A stretch of 64,000 nucleotides of DNA from Candidatus Bathyarchaeota archaeon. GTDB taxonomy: Archaea > Thermoproteota > Bathyarchaeia > Bathyarchaeales > Bathycorpusculaceae. Below the pieces are notes generated by a model. The model worked only from the letters and a program-made list of their open reading frames with translations. It ran no database searches and was not told the DNA's origin. Below, one piece after another: positions 10,397 through 20,901 of the stretch. The DNA lies in contig CAVYES010000004.1 of assembly GCA_963767735.1 (NCBI GenBank), positions 64,001 through 128,000 on the forward strand, in the 5' to 3' direction. A program made the position numbers and the translations under genes. Numbering within the stretch: the first letter of the stretch is position 1; each line of letters begins with the position of its first letter.

Positions 10397-11509
10397 CTAA
10401 TTTTTCACTGTCCGCTTCAATGCTTCAATCAACCGCTCATTCTCCAAGCGGGTTTTAACGGCTACACGAATGTAGTATTGGTCAAGTCCTCTAAAAGAGG
10501 TGCAGTCCCTAATCAAAATGCCCTGCTGCAACAGTTTATTCTTGAGCTCAGTTGCTGTTAAGCCAGATTTACGAATGTCAATAAAGAAAAAGTTTGCGTC
10601 AGCATGGAAAATCTTGAACGATTTAATTTCCGCTAATTCGGCTAAGAGTTGTGTTTTCTCTTTTTTGATAAGTTCTCGCGTCACCCTCAGATGCTCTTGG
10701 TCTTTCAATGCGGCAACAGCGGCGGCTTGCGCTAAACAGTTAACGTTCCACGGAATCTTCGCGCATAATAACACATTGATGATTTCTTCAGAAGCAATTC
10801 CATAGCCAACCCTTAAACCAGTTAACCCGAAAATTTTCGTAAAAGACCTTAAAATAAACAGGTTGGGGTAGTTCTTTATTTTGTTTATCATTGTTAGGGC
10901 TTTTTCGTTTTCTACGAACTCCAAAAAATCTTCATCGAGAAAAACCAGAGTATCCTGCTTCAAAGCCCGCTTAATTATTCCTGTTAAGGATTCGTTTGGA
11001 ATAAGAATGCTGGTTGGATTATTGGGGTTGCATAAGAAAATAATCTTTGCGCCAGCCATTTCCTGCTCAAAAAAGCCCGCGTCAATGTTGAGATTGCTGT
11101 CGAGCCTCACGAATTTTGGTGTTACGCCAGTCCTTCTAACTGCACTCTCATATTCCCCAAATGTCGGTGCAGGAATAATGGCGGTGTCGCCTTTTTTGAG
11201 GAAAGCCTCAGCGAACAAGTACATAAGTTCGGTTGAGCCATTGCCAACAACAATATTGTTTTTGTTTAATTTGGTAAAGTTACTGGCAATAGCTTGCCGT
11301 AACTCGTTAGAATTTGAGTCTGGATAGGCAGGAATTTCTTTAAAGCTGTTTTTTGCTGCTTCAAGCGCCTTTTTTGAAGGCCCTAAAGGGTTTACGCTTG
11401 AGCTGAAATCTAAAATTTCTTCCCGTGTAAGCCCGCTTTTGTCTGCAGCATCCAAAACCTCTCCGCCATGAACGCATGCCTTCAGATTCTTTATGTTATC
11501 ATTCACCAA
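10397..11509 (-). CDS. cobD: L-threonine-O-3-phosphate decarboxylase (HisC-like PLP enzyme); N-terminus may extend to ACG 11527
   Basis: HGG, DFSSSVNPLG, CNPNNPT, RSFTKIFGLTGLRVGY; adjacent to cbiB. Confidence 0.85.
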   Translation of the reverse strand: MVNDNIKNLKACVHGGEVLDAADKSGLTREEILDFSSSVNPLGPSKKALEAAKNSFKEIPAYPDSNSNELRQAIASNFTKLNKNNIVVGNGSTELMYLFAEAFLKKGDTAIIPAPTFGEYESAVRRTGVTPKFVRLDSNLNIDAGFFEQEMAGAKIIFLCNPNNPTSILIPNESLTGIIKRALKQDTLVFLDEDFLEFVENEKALTMINKIKNYPNLFILRSFTKIFGLTGLRVGYGIASEEIINVLLCAKIPWNVNCLAQAAAVAALKDQEHLRVTRELIKKEKTQLLAELAEIKSFKIFHADANFFFIDIRKSGLTATELKNKLLQQGILIRDCTSFRGLDQYYIRVAVKTRLENERLIEALKRTVKN

Positions 11510-11664
11510 GTTTTCTACGGGCTTCGTTTAGGTCACAATCCTTCAGCAACATGGCTGAATGCGTAGGTTTCTTTTTGACGTAAATGATATAAATGTTTGG
11601 TTGGATGTTCCATCCAAAAAACAGGAAAGAGTTTTGAGAAAGAACAACATAAATAATCTGTGAC

Positions 11665-11862
11665 ATGAAGGAAGATGCGATGAGCGATAAAACTGATAAA
11701 CATATGATTCAAGAGTTAAAGGAAAAGCTTAAAGAAAAAAAACCTGATGAACCCGTAGAAAAAACTCTTACGATATTCTGCGAGCGCACGGGAATATCCA
11801 TGGACACCTGCCGCCTTTACTATAAGCAGTTGGTTGAAAAGGGCGAGGTCAAGGAAAAATAA
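11665..11862 (+). CDS. Small hypothetical protein
   Basis: 65-aa helical charged ORF at the head of the dph5 cluster. Confidence 0.65.
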   Translation: MKEDAMSDKTDKHMIQELKEKLKEKKPDEPVEKTLTIFCERTGISMDTCRLYYKQLVEKGEVKEK

Positions 11863-11904
11863 CGTTTAATTCTCAACCCTTCAATTACTTACAAGGGCTC
11901 ACAT

Positions 11905-12702
11905 TTGAATGAACTTGTCTTCGTAGGCTTAGGGTTAAACGATGAAAAAGGGATAAGCATCAAGGGTTTAGAAGAAACCAAAACTGCAGATTACGTTTTC
12001 ATAGAACTCTACACTAGCCTCATGCCCGACTTCAACCTGCAACGTTTCGAGTCTTTGTGCGGCAAAAAAGTTCAGTTAGTTTCAAGACGGGAACTTGAAG
12101 AAGAAAACGGAGCCATCATTCTTGAAGCCGCCCAAAAAGGCAAAGTAGCCTTTCTTGTTCCAGGCGACCCATTCATCGCCACAACACATGTCACTTTGCG
12201 AATTGATGCAGAAAAGCATGGAGTAAAAACACGGATTATCCATGGGGCATCCATAATCTCCGCGATAATAAGCTTATCAGGATTGCATAATTACAAGTTT
12301 GGCAAAACAGTCACCGTTCCTTTCCCAGAAAATTTTTCTGAGACGCCTTACAATGTTATCTTTCAAAACAAGACGTTTGGTTTGCATACCTTGTGCCTTT
12401 TAGATTTGAAAGCGAACGAAAAGCAGTTTTTAAGTATTAACCAAGCCATTGCAATGCTGCTTGAGATCGAACAAAAAAACAAAAAAAGCGTAATCACCCC
12501 AGACACGGTTGCGGTTGGCATTGCACGGGCGGGAAGTAACAGTCCAGCCTTGAAAGCTGATTTCGTCAAAAACTTGGTAAATTATGACTTTGGCGAGCCG
12601 CCTTACAGTTTGATTTTTCCAGGTGCCCTACATTTTATGGAAACTGAATCTCTAATTGCTTTTGCTGGTGCACCAGCAGAGTTTCGGAGTCTTGCCAAAT
12701 GA
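11905..12702 (+). CDS. dph5: Diphthine synthase
   Basis: GLGL, ELYTS, GDPFIATTH, YKFGKTVT, GLHTLCLLD. Confidence 0.95.
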   Translation: MNELVFVGLGLNDEKGISIKGLEETKTADYVFIELYTSLMPDFNLQRFESLCGKKVQLVSRRELEEENGAIILEAAQKGKVAFLVPGDPFIATTHVTLRIDAEKHGVKTRIIHGASIISAIISLSGLHNYKFGKTVTVPFPENFSETPYNVIFQNKTFGLHTLCLLDLKANEKQFLSINQAIAMLLEIEQKNKKSVITPDTVAVGIARAGSNSPALKADFVKNLVNYDFGEPPYSLIFPGALHFMETESLIAFAGAPAEFRSLAK

Positions 12703-12986
12703 GTCTTGAAGCGCTCACTTCAAAATATATTTCTTCGGCAGAAAAAGTCCTCAAAGAACTGCAACAAACAAAAGTGCCCATCAGCGTGACCGAAGAATCT
12801 GTGGGTAATATTTTGGGTTGGGCTTCGGATTACTTGAAGGACGCAAAGTATTATAAGGCTCAAGGGAAGTTTGAAACGAGCCTAACTTCGGTAGCTTACT
12901 GCGAAGGGCTCCTTGACGCTTTAAGATTATTAGGCGCTGTGAAATTCGAATGGCCAACAAACCAAGAAAGAAGAAAGTCGTCTTAG
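12699..12986 (+). CDS. DUF357 protein
   Basis: YLKDAKYY...AYCEGLLDAL; typical position after dph5. Confidence 0.85.
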   Translation: MSLEALTSKYISSAEKVLKELQQTKVPISVTEESVGNILGWASDYLKDAKYYKAQGKFETSLTSVAYCEGLLDALRLLGAVKFEWPTNQERRKSS

Positions 12987-13429
12987 CCTCGGGCATTTTC
13001 GACCTGCTTCATTTAGGTCACGTTAAATTTTTGGAGGATGCTAAAAAAGCAGGCGGAGAAAACGCTAAACTAGTAGTTATCGTTGCAAGAGACAGCACGG
13101 TAGAGAAGACTAAGGGTAGAAAACCCATAATGCCTGAGGATCAACGCCTTGCGCTGGTTAAATCGTTGAGGGTGGTTGATGAAGCATTGCTGGGCTATGA
13201 ACACCTTGATATCGGTGAATTTATTGAGAAAGTTAAGCCCGATGTGATAGCTTTAGGATACGACCAAGATAAAATGGAAAAAAGAGTGTCCCAATACGTG
13301 AAAGAACATAATTTAGACGTACAGATTGTTCGGGTAGCCAAATTCGAAGCAGATGAACTGGGCTCTTCGTCACAGATACGCGAGAAAGTCGTTGAAAACT
13401 GGCGAAAACGAAGAAGCGATCATGACTAA
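12950..13429 (+). CDS. ribL: FAD synthase (cytidylyltransferase family)
   Basis: GIFDLLHLGH, VARDS, PDVIALGYDQ, SSSQI. Confidence 0.88.
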   Translation: MANKPRKKKVVLASGIFDLLHLGHVKFLEDAKKAGGENAKLVVIVARDSTVEKTKGRKPIMPEDQRLALVKSLRVVDEALLGYEHLDIGEFIEKVKPDVIALGYDQDKMEKRVSQYVKEHNLDVQIVRVAKFEADELGSSSQIREKVVENWRKRRSDHD

Positions 13430-13576
13430 AAATAGAACCGCGCGAATTACTGGATAAGGAACAATGAGAACGTTGAAATTGTTGAATCGGCAAGTTTGAA
13501 GGGTATAGTTTAGATAGTTCATCAAAGATTAAACAGAAAATAATTGATAAACTGAAGGTTAAATCGGTCTGGCATC

Positions 13577-14185
13577 ATGAATTCCGTGAAGTATAAGCCC
13601 ACGTACATTCTAATCGCAATAAACGTCGCTGTCTACATTTACACCTCTATAGTCGGCGGAAATTGGCTGAACACAAACTACAATATTATGCTCCAGTACG
13701 GCCAATATAACTTTCTTGTGTTCCATGGTTGGTATTACCAGCTTTTCACATCCATGTTTATCCATGCCTCAATAGCGCACATCGGCGGCAACATGCTTTT
13801 TCTGTTCGTTTTCGGTTTAAGGGCGGAAGAAATGTTTTCTTTGCCCGAGTACCTTGGAATCTATCTTGTCGGAGGCTTAGCGGGAAACGTTGTTTCCTTA
13901 GCGTTTGGACCGAACCTTTTATCGGTTGGAGCTTCGGGCGCCATCTTTTCATTGTTTGGGGCAGTTGTGATTTATAATAGGCGCTCTGTTAGGCAATCAA
14001 TCTTTGGCGCATTGGTTTACGCGTTTTTTCTGCTGCTTTTAAGCGGATTGGGGCCAGGCGTGAATGATTTGGCTCATATAGGCGGGTTAGGTTTTGGTTT
14101 GCTAATAGGTTACTTTTTAGGCACAATGCGTAAGCCGCAGGAGCAGTATTCAGTTAAGTACAAACACCCCATTTCACCGTTTTAA
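13577..14185 (+). CDS. Rhomboid intramembrane serine protease
   Basis: HIGGNM, GASG, AHIGG. Confidence 0.93.
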   Translation: MNSVKYKPTYILIAINVAVYIYTSIVGGNWLNTNYNIMLQYGQYNFLVFHGWYYQLFTSMFIHASIAHIGGNMLFLFVFGLRAEEMFSLPEYLGIYLVGGLAGNVVSLAFGPNLLSVGASGAIFSLFGAVVIYNRRSVRQSIFGALVYAFFLLLLSGLGPGVNDLAHIGGLGFGLLIGYFLGTMRKPQEQYSVKYKHPISPF

Positions 14186-14187
14186 GC

Positions 14188-14877
14188 CTAGGGCATAATG
14201 TAAATTTCCGCTTTCACTTTGTTGCCGTCTTTGACGTTTAGCTGTTTTCTGAGGCATACCGGAGCGATTATTTCCAGCACTGAAACATCATAGTGGCTTC
14301 GCAACGCCGTTATCAGCGCACCTTTGACTTTGTTATCGATGATTGCAGGGTAACATTTCACTAAGCCGAAGGTCCGATCTTCGTTCTTGAAGCCTGTGAT
14401 CTCGATTGCTGGGTACGCTTCGATTTCCATGCGAGTTTTAATGTCGTAGTCACTTGATAATTTAAGGTTAAGCGTGCCAGGATAGGGCTCAAATCCCAGT
14501 TTTTCAGTAAACTGTTTACGATAAGCCTCTTTAGCGATGTAATAAGCGCCTTCACCTAACCCCGTGAAAACGGTTCCTTCCAAAGTTACCGAAGGAGGAT
14601 ACGATTTCTCAACCAAAAACTTCAAGTTAGAATAAAGTTTATGCAGCTCTTTAATTCCAGCCTCATCAATTTTAATTAAGCTCCCCTCTGGAGTAACATT
14701 TCTCTGTATCCACCCCTTACGCTCAAGCTCAATTAGATAACGCGACGCGGTTTGCTGGGAAATCCCAAGTTTGCCCGCTAAAAACTCGGTTGAAATCTTG
14801 GCGATTCGGCGGTAAGCGCCCATCTCCGCGAGCTTAAGAAGCATGTAAAGATGCTGCCAATCCTGCTTTTCAGTCAA
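14188..14877 (-). CDS. ribK: CTP-dependent riboflavin kinase with N-terminal winged HTH (RbkR-like)
   Basis: GISQQTASR HTH; GLGEGAYY, LGFEPYPGTLN, LEIIAP. Confidence 0.93.
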   Translation of the reverse strand: MTEKQDWQHLYMLLKLAEMGAYRRIAKISTEFLAGKLGISQQTASRYLIELERKGWIQRNVTPEGSLIKIDEAGIKELHKLYSNLKFLVEKSYPPSVTLEGTVFTGLGEGAYYIAKEAYRKQFTEKLGFEPYPGTLNLKLSSDYDIKTRMEIEAYPAIEITGFKNEDRTFGLVKCYPAIIDNKVKGALITALRSHYDVSVLEIIAPVCLRKQLNVKDGNKVKAEIYIMP

Positions 14878-15417
14878 AGCTTAATCTCCAATAAATTAGA
14901 CAATAAATACTGGATATTTAAGGGGCTCGAAACCTTAAAGGAAAGCAAAGTAACTCTATGCCCATTTGTATGCTTTTTACGTGTCAAAGTAGGGTGTAAA
15001 TAGCAGGAGGAGGCTCCATATTTTGTGGTTGAATTTTATCACAAAAATTAGGGTACCCTATAGTTAGCAGCGTTTGTGCGCTCTCACAAGCCTACCCCAG
15101 TCTAACAGATGCTTCTATTGTAGATGTGTGAAAATTCGACGGTCTGATTTTTTTTAAGAGAAGAAGAAGCCTCAGAAAACCGTTTTTCTTCTTCCAAAAA
15201 ATTCAGGCGGTAAACACGTGAAATTGATTGTTCCAATTTAGCAATTCAGCCTAAGAGCGCTTATTCATAGTTTACACAATTATTAGAGAAAGAAAGGCAA
15301 AAAAGCGCAATGAACAATTAGTCCAGAAACCTTGACTAAATCCATTCAAGAAACTTTTACAAATAGCCTTTTATCGCCTTAAAGTATAAACAATTTATTA
15401 GTGAAAGATGAGGCAGT

Positions 15418-16899
15418 ACGAAAAAGCATTTAGCCCTTCTAATTGTTCTTCTCTTCCTAACATCTTTAGTCATGCTTCCAAATGCAACCGTAAAGGCACA
15501 GTCCAAAACCATCATTGTTCCCGACGATTACCTCAGCATAGCCGCGGCTATAGGTAACGCTACAAATGGCGACACGGTACTTGTCAGAAGTGGCACCTAT
15601 CTTGAACACTCTTTAGTAATTAACAAAACTATTTCTCTAATAGGCCAAAATGCTGACAACACGATAATTGAAGACATTGACCCTAACGTTCCAATAAATA
15701 TCCCAGGCATGAATCCCCCGTTTACCATGATGTCTCTACCAATTCCAGTAACAATTTCTGCCAATAATGTTGTCATCTCAGGCTTTACAATCACTAATAT
15801 CAACAGTAACACTACTGTAGACATATACTCTAGCGGCTCAAAAACACTAATAACAGGAAATAACTGTCCAGACGGTATAAAACTGGAAATTGGGTCATAC
15901 CAAACCGCAGCTCAGAATAATGCATCGGTAATAAATTGTGTTAGTCCCTACTGTTTTATCGCCAACAATACACTGGCAGGTGAAGTAGCAGGTAATGGAG
16001 GTATAGGTGTAGGCGCGAGTGGGCTTAGCGTCGCGGATAATAGCGTAGCATATGGAAATGTCATTTTAAACGAGGACTTCGGTATTGATGTCTATAATTG
16101 TCAAGGCGTTTTTGTTGTGGAGAATTATGCAGTCGATAGTCATGGTGCAATCGCAATGAGTAATTGTGGCAATAACGTAATTGAAGGGAACACCGTTACT
16201 AACAGTTTCATTGGACTTTCAGAAGCTATTAGCGCCTACGCACAAGTCAATGCTGGGAATGGTGGCAACAATACTTTTTACGCTAACAATATAGTGAACA
16301 ACTCCAACGCCGTTATACTGACAGGGATAGATGATACTCTCTACGGTAACAACTTCATTAATAACTCACAAGACACGGGGTCCTTTGGACCGCAACCAAA
16401 TGTGCCACTAAACCCAACCCCAGTCATCTTGTGGGACAACGGCACAATCGGCAACTACTGGAGCGACTACCTGACGAAATATCCCAATGCAACTGAAGTA
16501 GACAGTTCAGGAGTAGGCAACATCCCATATGCCATAGACGCAAACGATACAGACCCATACCCACTGATAGCGTCTTACGATACTTCCTCATTGCCAATTC
16601 AACTGCCTATTTGGGTAAACCTTTCTTTGGCAGCCCCCCTTCCAACTCCTTACTTCCCGCCTCCACACTCGTCATCTCCTTCAACCAGTCCAAGCCCAAG
16701 TTCTTCTACGTCTCCTTCGCCTACTGCATCGCTTTCTCCTTCTCCTTTGTTATCTCAGCAGCCTTTTTCAATCGTAACTGTTGCGGGTGTTTTAGCGGCA
16801 GTAGCGGTAGTTGTGGCAGGTGCCATTTTTTTGGTCTACTTCGCGAAGCACAAACGCATTCGCGCGCTGCCTTGTCCCGAAATAGGAAAAATGTTGTAA
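15418..16899 (+). CDS. NosD/CASH right-handed beta-helix surface protein; signal peptide begins at ACG 15418 (first ATG 15472)
   Basis: IIVPDDY..I..AI..A..GDT..V.SGTY.E, GNYWSDY, DPYPL, Ser/Pro linker, TM; in-frame (T)KKHLALLIVLLFLTSLV upstream of ATG 15472. Confidence 0.85.
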   Translation, partial: TKKHLALLIVLLFLTSLVMLPNATVKAQSKTIIVPDDYLSIAAAIGNATNGDTVLVRSGTYLEHSLVINKTISLIGQNADNTIIEDIDPNVPINIPGMNPPFTMMSLPIPVTISANNVVISGFTITNINSNTTVDIYSSGSKTLITGNNCPDGIKLEIGSYQTAAQNNASVINCVSPYCFIANNTLAGEVAGNGGIGVGASGLSVADNSVAYGNVILNEDFGIDVYNCQGVFVVENYAVDSHGAIAMSNCGNNVIEGNTVTNSFIGLSEAISAYAQVNAGNGGNNTFYANNIVNNSNAVILTGIDDTLYGNNFINNSQDTGSFGPQPNVPLNPTPVILWDNGTIGNYWSDYLTKYPNATEVDSSGVGNIPYAIDANDTDPYPLIASYDTSSLPIQLPIWVNLSLAAPLPTPYFPPPHSSSPSTSPSPSSSTSPSPTASLSPSPLLSQQPFSIVTVAGVLAAVAVVVAGAIFLVYFAKHKRIRALPCPEIGKML

Positions 16900-16924
16900 G
16901 ATACTGGAGGCTAAACCAATTCTT

Positions 16925-18217
16925 GTGAGAAATCTAAAGAAAATCTTCTTGGTCTCAATTCTATTCACATTAATTCTTGTCTTGTCAGCAGCAACTGCGG
17001 TTCATGCTGTTGAAGCAGCTCCTTCGGTGGCTTGGAGCCAAACCTACCCTGGCTTTGGCGATTCGGCGCGTTCGGTCGTTCAAACCAAAGACGGCGGATT
17101 TCTTTTGTTAACCACGGATTCTAATTCCGCATACCAGAATTATGTCACTGGCAATTTCTGGCTGTTGAAAGTTGACTCGTCTGGGAATCAACAATGGAAC
17201 AGAAGCTACGCCGGAACCATCTATGACGTTGACAGCGGCCAATATGCCATTCAAACTTCAGATGGCGGTTACGCCGCGATAGCTGAATACCAAAACAAAC
17301 TTCTGCTCATAAAAACAGACCCATACGGCAATGAACTGTGGAACCGCACCTATGCGGGAGCCGGAACATGCGCAGCAAGCGCCATCATCCAAACCAGCGA
17401 CGGAGGCTATGCCCTTTTAACGGTCTCGGATTACGGAACAAGCGGCAGCGACAAGGTATGGCTTGTCAAAACTGACTGGAAAGGCAATCCACAGTGGAAC
17501 CAAACCCTAGACGCGGGCGATGGCTTCTCGCTTATTCAAACCAGCGACGGAGGCTATGCAATCGCCGGAGAACCTGACAACGCACAATTTATGCTACTCA
17601 AAACAGACCCAAACGGAAATTTGCAGTTGAATGAAACCTATGGCGACAGTGATGAAGGGTGGGCCAGTTCTGTTGTTCAAACCAATGATGGAGGTTATGC
17701 TATAGGCGGATACATGTGGCTGAGGAGCAACGGAGGAGGCCCGAATATTGCTATAGTGAAGACGGATGCAGCGGGCAGCGTGCAGTGGACTCAGTATTAC
17801 GGTTCAGGTGTAGTTTTCTCTATGACGCAGACAAGTGATGGCGGCTTTGCAATAGCTGGCGATGAACTTGTCAAGGCTGATTCTTTCGGTAATGAGCAAT
17901 GGGAAATAGGGCTCGGTGGACAAGCCTCCTCGGTGATTCAAACGCAGGATGGGGGTTACGCAATCGCAGGATATGCCGCCATAAATCAGACTGTCTCTGG
18001 AGCTTGGCTGGTTAAAATAGATGTAGCCAACGCAAACCCGACAACTCAGCCTACGACCTCCCCTAGCCCAACTGTGCCGGAGTTCAGCAGTGCAGGGCTC
18101 ATTTTAGTGGTAACAGCAGTGGTGGCTGTGACCTTATGCGCGGTTGCATTGGCAGTAAGAAAATTGAATCGAACTAACTCTTATTCCAAGCAGACAACAA
18201 AGTGGGTGCGAACCTAA
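16925..18217 (+). CDS. Surface beta-propeller-like repeat protein with PEF-CTERM-like sorting signal
   Basis: About 7 repeats QTSDGGYAIAG...LVKTD..GN.QWN; C-terminal PTVPEF, TM, basic residues. Confidence 0.85.
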   Translation: MRNLKKIFLVSILFTLILVLSAATAVHAVEAAPSVAWSQTYPGFGDSARSVVQTKDGGFLLLTTDSNSAYQNYVTGNFWLLKVDSSGNQQWNRSYAGTIYDVDSGQYAIQTSDGGYAAIAEYQNKLLLIKTDPYGNELWNRTYAGAGTCAASAIIQTSDGGYALLTVSDYGTSGSDKVWLVKTDWKGNPQWNQTLDAGDGFSLIQTSDGGYAIAGEPDNAQFMLLKTDPNGNLQLNETYGDSDEGWASSVVQTNDGGYAIGGYMWLRSNGGGPNIAIVKTDAAGSVQWTQYYGSGVVFSMTQTSDGGFAIAGDELVKADSFGNEQWEIGLGGQASSVIQTQDGGYAIAGYAAINQTVSGAWLVKIDVANANPTTQPTTSPSPTVPEFSSAGLILVVTAVVAVTLCAVALAVRKLNRTNSYSKQTTKWVRT

Positions 18218-18370
18218 AAATACCATATTTTAGGGACAAGCCAACGCGCGCTTGGTTGGACTATAACGCCTATGTGAACAAATACGCCATAATCACCAAA
18301 AATTATGTAATTGCTGAAATATGCCCCAACCCTTAGAGAATTTAAGTGATAAAAAATAGGTGAAAAAAAT

Positions 18371-18520
18371 TTGGATAAAGCCCATAAGTTTAGGAAAGAC
18401 TTTACACCAGAGCAATATGCAGCTTATTTGGAAAGAAAAGCTAAAAACCCAGACGCTCTAATACCTGAACGTAAGGAACAAAAAAATATAAAGTTTAAAT
18501 CTAAAAAGAAGACTGGTTAA
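18371..18520 (+). CDS. Small basic hypothetical protein (49 aa)
   Basis: AGGTGA RBS then TTG: MDKAHKFRKDFTPEQYAAYLERKAKNPDALIPERKEQKNIKFKSKKKTG; followed by a T-rich tract; below the ORF-track cutoff. Confidence 0.55.
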   Translation: MDKAHKFRKDFTPEQYAAYLERKAKNPDALIPERKEQKNIKFKSKKKTG

Positions 18521-18649
18521 TTTTATTTTTTGGGATTTTTTGGTTAGAAAAAAACGCTTATGTGCACTTTTTAAAAATAGGCTTAGTTTGTGGTTTTTCG
18601 CTGATTTTGGGCTTAATTATCTCTGTCTAGCGCCCATATGGAAAGGAGG

Positions 18650-19225
18650 CTAAGTGTTTAGTTTTTTGATGAGCCAAGCCATGTTTTTTCCTAAGTCTTC
18701 CATAGTTTGCATGCCTTCCTCGTCTTTTTCCACGTCGCCCTTGTTTAAGCCTATGCCAACGTTCCAGTACGATGAGCCTGGAATAATCATTTGATTGATT
18801 AAAAAGAAGTGATTTATCCCATCAAAAGTCGGTATTCCACCTGCCCTTCGCACTGCCACAACCGCGGCGCCAACTTTTCTCTTAAACAAATCAGAATTCG
18901 ATCGCGCAACAAATCCTGAACGGTCAATGAGTGCTTTCATTTCAGGAGACATCATCGAAAAATACGTGGGTGAACCAAGAATTATTCCATCCGCCGCAGT
19001 CATCTTCTCAATATAGAGGTTAACGTTATCGTTTACAATTTTACATTGCTTATTTTTGACTTTTCGGCAAGTCCCACATGCCATGCAACCGTGAATTTGC
19101 TCGCCTGCAAGCTGAATCAATTCAGTTTCTATACCTTCTTTTTCAAGAACTTGAAAAACACGGCGAATTAAAATCGTGGTGTTGCCGTCTTTCCTTGCGC
19201 TTCCATTAAATGCAACAACTTTCAT
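18650..19225 (-). CDS. Iron-sulfur flavoprotein (Isf/flavodoxin family)
   Basis: GSARKDGNT, CMACGTC.....C, GSPTYF, MKALIDR. Confidence 0.9.
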   Translation of the reverse strand: MKVVAFNGSARKDGNTTILIRRVFQVLEKEGIETELIQLAGEQIHGCMACGTCRKVKNKQCKIVNDNVNLYIEKMTAADGIILGSPTYFSMMSPEMKALIDRSGFVARSNSDLFKRKVGAAVVAVRRAGGIPTFDGINHFFLINQMIIPGSSYWNVGIGLNKGDVEKDEEGMQTMEDLGKNMAWLIKKLNT

Positions 19226-19351
19226 TTCGAAACCTCAATTGTATGTTTTATAGTTGGGATAAAAAAGTATTGTTAGAAATTTTGGGCTTATCCCCATGCC
19301 GAGTTACCGATTGGCAAGAGGTTTTAGGTGTCACCTTTAAGAGAGTAAGCG

Positions 19352-20632
19352 TTAGTCAAGGTTGTATGCTTCTTCTCCATGCTGGCTGAGATCCAATCCG
19401 TCCTCTTCTTCTTTTGGACTCACTCTTAGCGGCGAAAAGAAATCAACCACTTTCAGAAGTGCGTAAGAACCGCAGAACGCGAAGGCCGCAACGACTAATA
19501 CGGCGAATACTTGGATGCCGAGTTGAGCGGGGTTGCCATAGAATAAACCGTTTGTGCCGTTAATCGCCGCTGATGCGAATAATCCTATTGCGACTGCGCC
19601 TATAATGCCGCCTATTCCGTGACAGGCGAAAACGTCTAAGGTGTCATCTATTCTAGATCTGCCCGCTCGCCAGTTAGCAATCAAGTTGCAGGCTATCCCT
19701 GCGACCAAACCAATAATCACAGCTGCTGTAAAATTCACATAGCCTGATGCGGCTGTAATGGCTGCCAAACCACATACCGCACCCACTGCAATGCCTATTG
19801 CTGAAGGCTTACCCTTGATTAACCAGTCCATTACCATCCAGGTTACGGCTGCCGCGGCGGCTGCCAAATTCGTTGCTACAACGGCAGAGACAGCAAGGTT
19901 GTTGGCAGCTAACGCGCTGCCACCGTTGAAACCGAACCAGCCGAACCACAGAAGACCTGCGCCCAAAATCACGTAGGGAATGTTTGTCGGTTTAAACTCG
20001 GCTGCTGCTGATGCCGATTTGCTTTCGTCTTTTTGGCTTAAGGCTTTAAGCTGATCTTTCCAGTAAACGCAGCCTTTTCTTCTGCCAACGACAAGCGCCG
20101 CTGCCAATGCCGATAATCCTGCGGCTGTGTGTACAACTATGCCGCCGGCAAAATCCACCGCGCCTAAGACGTGTAACCATCCGTTGGGGTTCCACATCCA
20201 GCAAGCGATTGGAGAGTAAATCAGGGTGGACCATAAAACCACGAATATCAGAAGTGATTTGAATCGGATTCTTTCTGCACAGGCGCCAATAATCAACGCT
20301 GGTGTGATGGCGGCGAACTTTAGTTGGAAAGCGAAGAATAGTATTGTTGGAATGGCTGACGCGTTAGGGCTAACGGTATTTATGGTTATGCCATTTAATC
20401 CCACAAGAGAAAGGTTGCCTATTATTCCATCAATGCTTGGTCCATAAACGAGACTATAACCCCAAAAGAACCAAACTAGACTAACTACTGCAAAAATGAT
20501 GATGCATTGGACCAGCGTCGAGACAAGATTTTTTCTTCGGACTAAGCCGCCATAAAAGAAAGCTAAAGCTGGAGTCATCAGCATCACAAGCGCTGTTGAC
20601 ATTAAAACCCATGCGATGTCGGCTGCTGCCAC
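19352..20632 (-). CDS. amtB: Ammonium transporter, copy 1 (probable start GTG 20632)
   Basis: LVMLMTPALAFFYGG, DFAGGIVVH, WFGWFGFNGGS, DDTLDVFACHG, HGEEAY; GAGGAG RBS before GTG 20632. Confidence 0.95.
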   Translation of the reverse strand: MAAADIAWVLMSTALVMLMTPALAFFYGGLVRRKNLVSTLVQCIIIFAVVSLVWFFWGYSLVYGPSIDGIIGNLSLVGLNGITINTVSPNASAIPTILFFAFQLKFAAITPALIIGACAERIRFKSLLIFVVLWSTLIYSPIACWMWNPNGWLHVLGAVDFAGGIVVHTAAGLSALAAALVVGRRKGCVYWKDQLKALSQKDESKSASAAAEFKPTNIPYVILGAGLLWFGWFGFNGGSALAANNLAVSAVVATNLAAAAAAVTWMVMDWLIKGKPSAIGIAVGAVCGLAAITAASGYVNFTAAVIIGLVAGIACNLIANWRAGRSRIDDTLDVFACHGIGGIIGAVAIGLFASAAINGTNGLFYGNPAQLGIQVFAVLVVAAFAFCGSYALLKVVDFFSPLRVSPKEEEDGLDLSQHGEEAYNLD

Positions 20633-20901
20633 GTTTGTCTCCTCGAAGGTGTTATTCCAAATTATTTGTCTGCATTTTGGCAAAACTAATATTTTAAACT
20701 ATGCATTTGCTACGATTATATGGCTGAATTTAGATGAATGTTCAATTATACACTTTTTATCAATTATTCATTCAATATGTGGCAAAAAATTTTGTTAAAA
20801 ATCGTAAATTTGTCCAACAAACTAACGTTATTTGCAGTAAATTGTCAAATATAAAATTGATAACAATTTATACAAATAGAGAAAAAGAGCTTGGTTTTGC
20901 T

